Shown here one piece after another: positions 1 to 24,079 of a stretch of DNA of 64,000 nucleotides. The notes under the pieces are model-generated. The model saw only the letters and a program-made list of their open reading frames with translations, had not been told where the DNA came from and searched no databases. Within the stretch, counting starts at the first letter, position 1. Each line of letters opens with the position of its first letter. The translations under genes and the position numbers were made by a program. The stretch is from Ostrea edulis (lineage: Eukaryota): contig NC_079166.1 of the NCBI RefSeq assembly GCF_947568905.1, positions 55,986,001 through 56,050,000 of the forward strand. Direction: 5' to 3'.

Positions 1-614
1 ATTACATAAAGAACAGAAACGTTGACTTCTAGGAGTAGTATTCCATCTTCCATACTCATTTGGTAGTTTAAAATTATTACATCTAAATTTACATAAAATT
101 AGTGCGTATTTTCGAGGCAGAATTGTGAGATAATTCTCGAATATCAGGGAATCTTTGAAAAGTCTGTAATTTAAACATTTGGGAAAACGATAAATATTAC
201 TCCTCCATTCTTGAATAAATTGGTCTATTAATATTCTTTGAACTTTCTGTTTTACCCAAATTGGCTTATATAGAGATTCTGTTGTCCACAAATATGAGAG
301 TTGAATAGAGGTTGTTCTGCAGGCGGAGAGGTATGGACCGCCTATACTTAATATAAACGCAAATAATTAAAGATATCATTCATTTAGTTATTTGAAGATA
401 AATGTATTGTAAATTCAAATATTGCGCGCAACAATACAATTGCTCTCTGCATTGATTTGATGCGCACGTCAAATGAATTATTGCAGACAATAATTGAATT
501 ATTGCGCGCATTATATGGAAATATTGCGCGCAATAATTGAATTCATGCGCGCATCAAACCAACCATCGCTCCCATCAACTGAATGTGTACTCTAAGATGA
601 ATTTAGTTGTTGTT

Positions 615-662
<48 letters not shown>

Positions 663-1590
663 CGTATGTTTTATACTTTCTCAGTAATACCGTAAAGCCT
701 ATATCTCTCTAAAATTTGTCTCTATGAAAATACATGTACATGTATCTGCATTCAAACTATCGACCACATACACTTTTCGATACTCAGGTCTATGCAATAT
801 CAATATTTGTTGTACAAAGCCCGGCTGCCTTTCCATAGTCTGTTTTCTAAGATAAAAAAAAAAACAAAAACGTGAGGGGGTAACCCTGCTATGGGGGGGG
901 GGGTGTCTTCTATATAGTAGTGTTTTCCCCTAGGGAAAAGGCTACTATATAGCTATTTTTCCGGGGGGGGGGAGAGAGAGAGAATCTACTATGGGGGAAA
1001 GGCTACTATACAACACAGGTATAGTACAAAAGCACAGGGGCTTGCTCGCGCTTTAAAACATGTAAATAATATTATATTTTAGTTACCTGGAGCAAGTACC
1101 GGTGATATAAAAAAGAAGCCATAGGTAATTTAAAAAAAAACAACAAAAAACTTTATTGATAACTTTTAGAAATATGAAACGGGCGGGGGTGGACCTAATG
1201 GAAGGTCTATGTACAGGCATTTGAAGACCCTCAGGAGCGCCTCTAAAACAAACTGTAGAGTGTTTCTGAGTACAGGTTAACAACAATGGTGATATTTGTA
1301 CAGACATAACATGTAACTACTTTATGTAACAATATATTCATTATAAAAATAAAACAGTCGGATGCTGCATAACAATGGATCATTTGTACATGCATCACAA
1401 TTGAAGAACCTTGATGTGCAGAATGTACTATATGCGTAATAAATAATATATGTAGAATGATATAAGATGGAAATGAAATGTAATGAAATTTAAAAATAAA
1501 CAAAATACTATTATGATTTAGTATATACACATGTATAAAGCTAGCTGGAGTATCACAATTCATAGATGTTACATCACAGACAAGAGGATC

Positions 1591-1679
1591 TGACGTCCAA
1601 TCGAAAATCTACTTAGTTCACCGTTTTCTATGACGTCCGCGAACAGTATATATCCAAAATAGAGAGAGGTGTTCCGAAA

Positions 1680-1692
<13 letters not shown>
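1591..1692 (+). promoter_or_regulatory. Probable PRMT3 proximal promoter/start region
   Basis: Two CRE-like TGACGTCC motifs at 1591 and 1631, local CpG enrichment, and a YY1-like AAAATGGCC overlapping the ATG at 1680. Motif-only evidence. Confidence 0.3.
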
Positions 1693-12904
<11,212 letters not shown>

Positions 12905-13045
12905 AGAAATCTATACATATTTCCTGGCTGATTTAATTGTCATTAGTTCATGTAGAAATATGACCACGCCTGAAAATTAAAGTGATAGTGGTCTAATTTA
13001 CACATGTTCCATTCAAATGTCAGTGAATACACATGTTGCGATCTG

Positions 13046-13849
13046 TTTTTATACCCCCGCAACAAGTTGTGGGGGGGGGGGGGGGGGTATACTGGAATCG
13101 GGTTGTCCGTCTGTCTGTCCGTCCGTCCGTCTGTAGACGCAATAGTTTCTGGGCTCTAAAGCATTATCCTTTCCACCTACTGTCACCATATCATATATAT
13201 GGACTACCCATGGGATGAAGATGTACCCTATCGATTTTGGGGTCAAAAGGTCAAAGGTCAAGCGCACTGGACATCGAAGTAGCAATATGGTTTCCGGGCT
13301 CTAAAGCGTTATCCTTTCCACCTACCGTCACCATATCATACATATGGACTACCCATGGGATGAAGATGTTCCCTATCGATTTTAAGGTCAAAGGTCAAGC
13401 GCACTGGACATCGAAGTAGCAATATGGTTTCCGGGCTCTGAAGCGTTATCCTTTCCACCTACAGTCACCATATCATACATATGGACTAACCATGGAATGA
13501 AGATGTTCCCTACCGATTTTGGGGTCCAAAGGTCAAGCGCACTGGACATCGAAGTAGCAATATGGTTTCCGGGCTCTAAAGCCTTATCCTTTCCACCTAC
13601 AGTCACCATATCATACATATGGACTACCCATGGAATGAAGATGTTCCCTATCGATTTTGGGGTCAAAAGGTCAAAGGTCACGCGCACTGGACATCGAAGT
13701 AGCAATATGGTTCGGTTTGTCATGCCATTTGTTTTTTACACTCAGAAAAGAGGTGGTTTATACATATGTACCTATTACCAACACCCTTTGGGAGATTGGG
13801 GTAAGCGGGGGGTATTCTTAGTGAGCATTGCTCACAGTACCTCTTGTTT
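13046..13849 (+). mobile_element. Non-autonomous Helentron-type HINE, present in copy A only
   Basis: Subterminal IR ATACCCCCGC (13051) / GCGGGGGGTAT (13805); GTCC microsatellite; ~138-145-bp tandem units; 3' palindrome GTGAGCATTGCTCAC; empty T-run site at 37164-37172. Confidence 0.88.
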
Positions 13850-13881
13850 GTTCAGTGTTTGACTTGCATTAAGTTTGAAAA

Positions 13882-15115
13882 GAGGTATAGCGCACTTGGT
13901 ATGCAATTTCGCCTACATAAATACCCTTTTCTTGAATATCATTTTTACAAATATTCTGCTATACAATGTCAGTTTATACTTGTGTTTACCCAAATTACTT
14001 AATAAAGATATCGATATGTTGATAGTATATTTATTTGACAAGCATAAACATCACCGTGATTATATAGAGTATATAGTAGATGTAACGTAATGGGCATAAA
14101 AAATTGCAAACTGTTGCAAAAGGCGACCTTAAACCAGAAATAAAACACTGAAGTTGTTTTACCTGCTTATGACTTGTTGAAAATGGATAAAATATGAAAA
14201 AATCATTCTCAAAATTTACCTTGAGATTTAGCAGCCTGTCAAAAGTTAAACCTTTAAACTTACAAGCCTGGGTGGCCTAGTGGTTTAGGTGCTCGGTAAT
14301 CTTACACTTAAACCATACATTCCCCGAGTTCAAGTCCAATATTTTTCCAATCTATTTTTTTTTTTGCTTTTCATTTTTTGGGGTCGTTTTCTTGAGGGGG
14401 GGGGGGGGGGGGGGGTAAATGTGATACATATATTATAACAAATATTAGTCATTTTCATCATAACTTCTAATATTTGCAAGTTACGACTTAAAGAAAGGGA
14501 ATTTATTCCGAGATCATTGTAGTTCCGCTTGTTTACACTAACATGTTCCTGTGTGCACAGGAATTTCAAACCGTAATGTGGCTGACGAAAAGCTAAACAA
14601 ATACTACAAGAAAAAGGACACAAATGCACAGCATGTAATAAGTAAAAATAAGTCAAGGGAGGAAAAGAACTGTTATACAGTTTGACTTCTCAAAAAAAAA
14701 AAAAAAATAAAAACTCATGTGGCAACTGTCATATGATATTTAGGCAAAGATAAACACTCGACTTATCAACCAAAGGCAAATGAACTGATGACATCTATTA
14801 AAGGCGCTGCAGTCATGTCAGAACAGTGAGTTAAGTAATGCCAAATGTAAAAGGGTTGTTGTGTAATATGAATGCACAGGTCTATGAAAATATTGTACTG
14901 TCATCATTCCAAATAGGGAAATGGTTTATTAAGTAAAGAACGACTCATATAAATGTCAGTAATGCTAAACTGCGGCAGTTATTTATCTTGGTTAACGAAA
15001 CATCAAAAACGTTGGCCTTATATTTAAATATAACACGCCAGTCTATTATTGGAAACCGGTGTTTTCCATTTAGATTTCTGAGTCGGCCGTATCGTCAGCA
15101 AATGCGCTATACCTC
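13882..15115. mobile_element. Non-autonomous TIR element inserted without TSD (Spy-like)
   Basis: 13-bp perfect TIR GAGGTATAGCGCA; flanks TTGAAAA| and |TTTTCAA; empty site TTGAAAATGTTCAA at 37197-37210. Confidence 0.8.
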
Positions 15116-17759
15116 TTTTCAACTTCTTTTCAAATGCTTGTATTACTGAGCCAATTTTTACAAAAACAAAACTTTTGTCGTCCCTGCTCCTTAGGGGCTG
15201 ATGGTCAGGACCAGAACCTAAATATATGATGCAATCTTCAAAAAGTTCTTTATTTTGGGACCTCTAGCAGGCAAACTGTGTGTTAAGTCATGGTGAAATT
15301 CATGGCCTGTGGCTCTGGTCTCAGGGTCGGACTCATATATTGAAAATGCATCACTAGTATTTCAGACTCAAAGATATCTTCTTGACTCCTGTATATTAAG
15401 AATCCTAATGGAGACCATAGTGATGAGAAGGGTAACCCACCACAGTCGTGAAATTCGGGGCCTGTGGGTTTTCTGGTGACAGGACGGAACTTTGTGGCTT
15501 ACATAATGAAAATGTGTTATTTCTTAAAAACAAAATTCTTCTTGACTTCTGGATATGAAACACCACAGAGTAATAGCAATGATAAGGAGAAACATCACAA
15601 ATGACTACCAACATTATGACATTCCTTGTCCTTTGGGTGTTATATAATAAAATTGTGTTATTTCTTTAAAGTTCTTTACTTTTGGTTATCAAACAGAATA
15701 CATGGAGTTAAGAGTCCATTACAAGAGAGCAGGTCCAGGAATGTGGTTAAGTGAGTCGGATTGTGAAAATGAATTAAACATGAAAGTTTTCCTCTGTTTA
15801 CTACTGAATGCATGTATACAGCAAACAAATTGACTACTGCCAAGTTTAGATGGTATAGATAGAAATCACTTTGTCTTCCTACACACCTTCTGTTCTTAGA
15901 CAGTCTACTTTGTCTTTTGTCCAGGCCGGATCACGGTCTACAAGTACATTTAAGCTACTGTACATAACAATGGAACAAAAACTATTATAACATATAAATA
16001 TACATGTAGTTCTTTAAATTTGAAAGACACACTCATTGTCCCATATATGTACAACTTTTCTAAATAAATGCAATTTTTTCTGATACTATGGTGGCAAGAG
16101 TTTTTGTTTGTTTTTGTTTTTAGAAATGAAACAAAGTATCAAGTTCTACACTTGCTACAATCTGTCACCTAATTGTGGTTTGGCATGCAAGGAAAAATAG
16201 TATAAAAAAGATAAACAAGTATGGTCAATGTTTATACATGTATGTTCATTTATTGCAAAAGGTTTCCTAAAATTAAGGTGAGCAAATTTTTGATTATGAC
16301 AAAAAGTAAGTTATGATTGAGGAATGAAAGTACAGATCATTTAAAGAAGAAAGTAAATGGTGTGAATTTTGTTTTAAATTATCAAAGGATTTAAAATAAG
16401 TCGAATTTTCATTGCAGTTTATTTTTCCAAGTAATTATATCTAAAGCAAATGGGAATGAAAAAGTAAATTTTTGCTATTCTTCTCTTTAAGATCGATCTT
16501 CTTGACAATTTTGATGATGTTAAATCACTTTCTAGGATAGGGTATTGTAGAATTCATCAGCTACTTTGCTTTTTATATGAAAAATACACCCTATGTCTTT
16601 AAGAAGAGTACATGACCACCTCCTTACTTCCATTACAAGACAGTGATTTGAAGTTTTAGATTTTACAAAGATTTCTTGGTGATATTTGTAAGATGCGTAA
16701 CTTTCACATTTCGATATTTAGAAACATGTTCCATGCACTTGTACAATGCTTTTACTTTTACACTATCACACAAACAGTAATTGGCAAATTGACCACGTAT
16801 TCAATCAGTCATTCCTGTAAACATGCTGTTATTGGTGTTTTACAATCATGGTAACTTTCATGAAGGATGTGTACATAGATAAAAGAGCACCGCCACAACA
16901 CGTCAGATTTTTATTCACTACAAACAGATAAAATTGCATGACACAAAATCATGTCAACCTTCATTGGGATTGCACCAATATCTTTCAAACTGCTTTTAGG
17001 TCTGAGGTAAAATCAAGATTATTCCTTGCAATGTGTCTATTGCAATTGACTTGTCAATATATCTCTTGAATTTTTCAAATAGCTAAAGAAATATTCCGAA
17101 ACATATTTTCATTTTACTATATTTGTTTAAATAATTTCTTTCCCATGGTATGAAATACTTATTTTGGGTTGTACAAAGATTATACTCATTAATTACACTT
17201 TAACTGAACAGATGTAATTTAGATCTTATCAAAACGATCTTTGAATCTCCAGCTGAACTATGAAACACCATGGCTCACTCCCAAGGGGCTAACTGAATCT
17301 TAATTGGACATACAGATTAAACTGCTTAATCACCATCAGCTTAGATTATCATTCCCATGAGACAATTCCTCCATCTGTTCTGTGATGTGCTTGTTAAGTC
17401 TTTGTACTACAATACTACATATATTTATATCATTAATGTTAGAAACAAAATTATATTCACATTAATTGTTTTGTAGCTACATATTATGAAAAATGTATTT
17501 CCTGATGTAATGATTATTGAAGAGAGTTAATGCATTACTCTCTAGCTCATGTAGGGATTACCTCCCTTAACAAATTGTTTCAAAAACATATTTACCATTT
17601 TAAAAGTTTTATTGACGCGAGTTTTAGCTACAGTTTACATTTAATATAATATATACAGATGCACAAATTGACAAAGTTTGTTGATTGTAAGACTAGTTCA
17701 TATCGACATGAGCCCAAAAAAGGGTTATGCAATAAATGACCACATTATCTTTATTATAG

Positions 17760-18295
17760 GTCACAGTAACCTTAATTTAGGGAGTGACATGCCTTCTTCT
17801 TACAGTGCATTAATTGACCAAGTTTGATGATTAGAGACCTATTTGGTCTATAATCATCAGTTACATAGACCTATTTGGTCTATAATCATCAGTTACATAC
17901 ACCTATTTGGTCTGTAATCATCAGTTACATAGACCTATTTGGTCTATAATCATCAGTTACATATAGACCTATTTGGTCTATAATCATCAGTTACATATAG
18001 ACCTATTTGGTCTATAATCATCAGTTACATAGACCTATTTGGTCTATAATCATCAGTTACGAGTCAGATGGGATTTTGCCGTATTTGGCCATGTCATCTT
18101 CATCAAAGGTCACACAGTGACCTAGCTTTAAAGTGGGACCCACCCTCTACCCAAGATGTATCAGCTGAAAAAGTTTGATGATTCTAGGTCTCGGTCATAA
18201 TATTTAATGATTTACAGACATGAAGACAGACAGACGGACGGACGGACATGATCACCATACTATACTACGACCCGTCTAAAGACCGGTGTATGATA
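17760..18295 (-). mobile_element. HINE-like fragment with an internal 32-bp array (17836-18060); paralog at ~39355-39825
   Basis: GACCTATTTGGTCTATAATCATCAGTTACATA units; GACA/GACG microsatellite followed by the CGACCCGTCTAAAGACCGGTG hairpin typical of a reversed HINE 5' end. Confidence 0.55.
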
Positions 18296-19116
18296 ATGAA
18301 TGAAAATCCTTGTAAATGTCTGATTTATTTCATAATTTAATTGAACTCTCCAAAAGACTGATGAAATCTCTCCATTTTGAGCAATTTTAAAATACACATA
18401 GAGAGGAGGATTTATATAAGCCTGTTGCCTTGTTTCCTGATCATTTCGTGTATCAAAGTAGTTTGTAATTATATATTACTGAGATTAAATAAATAAAATA
18501 TTGTGTTACCTAATACATGAATACCTACACTACAAATCCAAATCAAACTTAGAACTGGCTTTAATCCGGGCCCATCTATCATAGTTTTACTGGTAAACTT
18601 AGTGCTGACATCTATTTTATCACATGTACTAATAAAACTTAAAACATATTATAGGGATGTTTTAAAAATTGAAGAATTTGTACGTACTTGCATTGTAAAT
18701 GTTATATTACAAAAAATATGTTCATATCAAATCTGAAACTGATGAAAATTTTGCCCAAATTACATACACTTAGCTGACAGCCATATAAGATCACATCAAC
18801 CTACAGAGTGGACAAGGAATGTAGTTATTGATATTTAGGGAGCTGGGAAGACATTTGTTTTTCATAAAAACAATCTCTAATTATTAATTAAGTTAATGAC
18901 TGTCCCTCCCTACTTTGTATTGCCTCTTATACCTCAATACATTGAGAACAGACTGCATCTCATCATTAATGTTACATATATACCTTATGATGTATTATAG
19001 AATTCAAAAGGTTGCATGAATGTTAAGCTACCTCAACAGTAGCTGTATATATAATGCATGTAGTAAATTTTAATCTAACAAAAATATCTTGGTATGTAGT
19101 TATTCATCTTTACAGA

Positions 19117-19769
19117 ATGCCCTTGCCAGTTTTCTTTGTGATTATGTGTGCCATTTGCAGTTTCACCACTGCTGATAAAAAGTCACCACGACCAAGTCTG
19201 AAAACATTCAGAGATGATTATGCCACTGTTGTTAAAACATGCGAGGCTGTCGGTTATGTGAGAGACAAATGCAAGGCCCCAAGACGTAAATGACTGAACA
19301 ATACTGAACGATTCTCTTTTTGAATTATTGAAATAAACGTCCCAATCATTAACTTTTTATTTCCCTTCCGATTTGTGTTGTAGGACACATGATTGTAGCA
19401 TTTGATGCCAAAGCCTCGCAGCAGACAGTTAGTCAGGGGAAAATAGTCAAATTTGGAACTGTGGATTTACAGATAGGAGGTGGCTATAATGGTAAAGAAG
19501 GAATTTTCACTGCACCAAAATCTGGGATCTATGTCTTTGATTGGACAACAGTGACACAAAACAGCTACGTTGCACATACCGCTTTGAATGTGAATGGCAA
19601 ACGGAAGGCCTACCTCTACTGCCACAACAAGGTTAGCGGTATGCATAATTCTTGCAGTAAAATGGCTATTGTAAGACTGGATGCCAGAGACAGGGTCTGG
19701 ATCGACTGTCTTTATGGAACAGCTTATGTCAATAAGTTATTTTCTTCATTTTCTGGTTTTATGTTGTAA
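19117..19769 (+). CDS. Secreted C1q-domain-containing protein (C1qDC), copy 1, 184 aa
   Basis: join(19117-19285,19384-19769). Signal peptide MPLPVFFVIMCAICSFTTA; gC1q motifs VAFDA, VKFGTVDLQIGGGYN, GIFTAPKSGIYVF, L..RDRVW, FSGFML*. The ATG directly follows a tttacag acceptor, implying an upstream UTR exon. Confidence 0.9.
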
Positions 19770-21813
19770 TGTCGAGATAAAATAAAGACAGGTCTATGCA
19801 ATTTCTTCTGTTGATCAATGCATTAATTAAGAAGATGGGTGAACTTGGGGAACAATAAGCCTATTCATGATTGGGCACCGGTCGCGAATCGGAAGTTTAA
19901 AATCCGCATTGATGGTACCCGTATTTACAATAGATACAGTACCGTACTAACACGCTGTCCAAATTATTTAGAATTAAAAACAAATATATAGATCATACTT
20001 CAAAGAAGAATATTTAATCAAAATCATCATCAGAATTTGTTTCATAGGCTGCTATAAGCATAATGTATATCAGACATTAAGTGGTTATTAACACACACAC
20101 ATACATTTACTTACACTGATGCCTGGAGTACCTAAGGTACCAAATGACGCTGCATATATGTGCGCGCAACATTCAAAAGTAAGTGCTCCGCATTTCCATT
20201 GACATATTAACTGATGTGAATGAGAAACCTCAGATGTTTTGTGGTGTAAATCAAATGTGGAATAGCGTTTTCTGTATGGTGCAGTATTAATGATTTGATT
20301 TGGATTCAGTTTTTCCCCAACAAATATTTTGAACAGCATTTACAACTTACTGGTACTAATATACCGAATATGATAAAGGCATCAGTTCTCGCCTCTTTTG
20401 GTACAACTCTGAGGTTGGTTTTACAGTTACAGAACGCACATTTGCAATTAGATTTAATCCCAGCAAATACAAATGGGACAGAAACAGACACTTGATATAT
20501 GCTTTAGTTTTTGTACTTCACTGTACTTCACTGTGTCTTTTAGACAGTCTGCACTGGTTGCATATTTGGCTTTTGTCATGATCTCTTCAACTAACTTCTT
20601 AAAGGAAGTGAACATGAAAAAAATATTTGTTGCATAATAAACTTAAAAGACCTCCTGAAACTAAATAGTGTGGCCTGAATTTAATTTGCTTGTTTCTATT
20701 ACGAGATTTGATCAATTAAACACTCTAAGTTGAAGGTTTATGGAGGTCATCCATTATTTCCCAGTATGCATCTGTGCTCTGACGTAGATGAGACACATTG
20801 CTGTTGTTGACTGGGTCACTATTATACAGCAGAAATTTATTGGATTCATATTAGAATTGATGGATAAGGTTTTGGAGCAAAAAGAATTGAAATCAAATCT
20901 AATTACAATGCATTAAGATAAAGAAGAAAACACTCCCATAAAATAACTCCAGTTCCTCCAACTTCTGAACTTTCTTAGAATCGTCTAATACACCCCCCCC
21001 CTCCTTTTCTTTACACTGGTTTATACACCCCTTTCTCCTTACACTCGTAAAGAAAAGTCGGTGGTTTAAATCAGACTGCTGAAAATGGATTAACTAACAG
21101 TTGGGTATTGGGTGGTGACCCACCACCTAAATTGCCTGGTTTATAATTAGTATCCTTATTATTTGCAATAAAGTGTCTAGCTTAATATATATAGGCATAT
21201 TATATATGTTATATACCTAAAAGTGAACTTTGAACTGGTCATTTGTCAAAGTTAGAGATAAATTAAATAATTGTGTAGACATCTCGTTTGATTTTTTTTA
21301 AAAAGCTTATAAGATTTAAAATCATACAAATTAAATATATCTCTAACTCTGTCTCATGGGCAAGTAGAAGAAATTTATAATTGGGAAAAGAATATCGTGC
21401 GGATATGAGCTCTAATATAAGCGCGACCGTCGTGCGAATAGTGAAAATTATTGGCACGACAGTCATGTTGATAGACACTTAAAAAAAAAAAATCAAACAA
21501 CTCGTAAAACTTACTTCAATCCAAACTTCAAAATCCTTAATTGTGTGAGGGGTGACTTAATTCATAGGTTCAGACTTAATTACTACTTAGTACTGCATAC
21601 CACAGAAGAGAGAGAGAAGAGGGGGAGGGGTAAGTCGATAAATCAAACCACTTTGTCATTTTAAAAGAAAAAAGACACATTGTCAATAAAATTATTGAAC
21701 TGTTATCACTTCTCTATGCAATGTACTACTTCACTGGGTTAATTTCAGAGAGCTAATTATGACTGTAACTCGATAGAAAACATCGCAAGTGAAAGTAGCG
21801 AGCAGACATAAAC

Positions 21814-22098
21814 AACCTAAACTAAATAAAAAACGAAATTATTATATAAAAAACGAAATTATTAAATAAAAAACGAAATTATTATATAAAAAACGAAAAC
21901 TAAATAAAAAACGAAATTATTATATAAAAAACGAAATTATTAAATAAAAAACGAAATTAATAAATAAAAACGAAAATATTAAATAAAAAACGTAATTAAT
22001 ATATAAAAAAAAACCAAAATTAAATAAAAAACGAAATTATTAAATAAAAAATGAAAACTAAATAAAAAACGAAATTATTAAATAAAAAACGAAATTAA
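21814..22098 (+). repeat. ~20-bp AT-rich array, left arm of an inverted array pair
   Basis: AAATAAAAAACGAAATTATT units. Confidence 0.9.
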
Positions 22099-22749
22099 GA
22101 ACAGTTTTTGAGAATATAATGTGTGTGTGTCAGTGGAGCTTAACAAGTAAGGAAACATGGCTCCTAATTCTTTGATTTACTGCGATTTCATCATCGCCAA
22201 TGGAGTTTTACAGAAATCTAATGACATTACAAATTAGCCAACTTATCCATTCACTACACGTTTATCTACTATGTTCACTGAAAGGTCCCAAACCTCGTGT
22301 CTCGGATTACAGGTACCACTTGTACTTTTTTATTGATTTAATTATCACTATAGCCCCTCTGTAGAGGGTTTGTTTTGAAATCTTTAAGAATTTCTTCAAT
22401 CAATTCATTTAATTTATTCACTCAAATCATTCATACAATGGTACACGAGGTACATAAATATATAAGTTAGTATTTAACAACATTGCCAAGGGTACAAGTA
22501 TATAACTAATACATACACATGTATGTGCATTAGCACAAAATAAAGGTGGAGGACATAATGCATATAATTTAATATATATACATCTTAGGAAGGACAGCAG
22601 ACTAACTTATGGATATACATAGTTGTTTTTTTTAAAAACTGTTTTAGGTTTCATGTTGTCATTAACTCTCTACATCTCAGTGTATTTGGTACATGACAAT
22701 ATCTAGGAACCCAAATTTTTTTCCGTAGAGCGGATAGTAATTTACATTC

Positions 22750-23350
22750 TAAGATAAAGTGGTATATTCGTCGGCTAATTTACCAGTAAATATGGCAAAT
22801 AGTTTCACCTTTTATAAATCCCTTATAAACTGAAGGATTATGTGCACTTTTTCGTTCCAATTTGTAGGTTTAATGTACGTTTTCAAATCTAGAATGCGAG
22901 TTGCCTCAAATCACTTTCCTTTATACACCGTACTGCCCAAGAAATGCATTTTATGTACAGATATTTCACACGTGAATTTAAGCAGTTGATGAGCAGAATT
23001 TGCTATAGCGAATAAATCATGGCTGGATTTCTTTTTCTTCACCATGAACATAATAAAATAAAGCCATCGTCATGATAACGCACTTGGTACGTTATGCGAT
23101 GTTTACCTGGAAATCCTTGTTTATCTGATTTTGTCGGATATAGCATACAGATGGAGAGCATTTAGACCCTTATAACACATCCAAATATCTGTTTATAAAC
23201 TTTTGAATTAAATTTAAAAGTATTATTTCCCAAAATTAATCTGAAGAGAAGGCTCAGATCGCCAGTGAATGATGTATTTATTGCATAGACAGATTTGTCC
23301 GATTTACTGTAGTATGTTTCTACTGCAGTCATTAATTCCTCAAATTGCAT
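22750..23350 (-). pseudogene. Penelope-like reverse transcriptase fragment (frameshifted)
   Basis: Minus-strand peptides ILGNNTFKFNSKVYKQIFGCV(I)GSKCSP, RYHDDGFIL, ANSAHQLLKFTCEIS..MHFL, LKTYIKPTN and SAHNPSVYKGFIKGE follow the motif order of Penelope-like element (PLE) RT. Confidence 0.7.
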
Positions 23351-23631
23351 GTTTGTGTGGAGTGGTGTGATATCATAGGCTAGCTGACCGTGTATAAGTA
23401 AGAAAATATATGGCTCCCATCAGTCAGGTACCTCAACAATCACTTGATTTTACACTAATTAAGTTTCAGTGGTGTGATACGGTGTGTACCAGTGTGGCTG
23501 CTAAAACTGGTGCCAGGTGGCCTTCGTTTATGCCAAGTACTGAATACTTTGCCGTGTCATGTAGAATTAATGACTTACATGTATCAGTTCACATCAGTAC
23601 AGTACGTTCCTTTTCTTATTTAATAATTTCG

Positions 23632-23987
23632 TATTCTATATAATAATTACGTATTTTATATAATAATTTCGTTTTTTATATAATAATTTCGTTTTTTATT
23701 TAGTTTTGGTTTTTTATTTAATATTTTCGTTTTTTATTTAATGATTTCGTTTTTTATTTAATGATTTCGTTTTTTATATAATAATTTCGTTTTTTATTTA
23801 ATAATTTCGTTTTTTATATAATAATTTCGTTTTTTATATAATAATTTCGTTTTTTATATAATAATTTCGTTTTTTATTTAGTTTTGGTTTTTTATTTAAT
23901 ATTTTCGTTTTTTATATAATAATTTCGTTTTTTATATAATAATTTCGTTTTTTATTTAGTTTTGGTTTGCACTAATGGGCTTCCGTA
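23632..23987 (-). repeat. Right (inverted) arm of the AT-rich array, ending in TGCACTAATGGGCTTCCGTA
   Basis: AATAATTTCGTTTTTTAT units, the reverse complement of 21814-22098. Confidence 0.85.
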
Positions 23988-24079
23988 TATATTATTTATT
24001 TACACTAATAAAAATTACTTATTCAGAATCTGTATCAAAATCTGAGGTTTCAAGAAATCCTTTATAATATTGCAGTGCT

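Noticed and set aside
616-655. T40 run as a retroposon poly(A) tail
   Set aside because: No TSD or adjacent recognisable retroelement body was identified.
13033-13862. ORFs of 60-121 aa
   Set aside because: They fall inside the tandem units of a non-autonomous HINE that is absent from the paralogous site.
16480-17010. Coding-looking minus-strand stretch (paralog ORF 38624-38845)
   Set aside because: Multiple stops and frameshifts and no motif that could be assigned with confidence; a BLASTx search would be needed.
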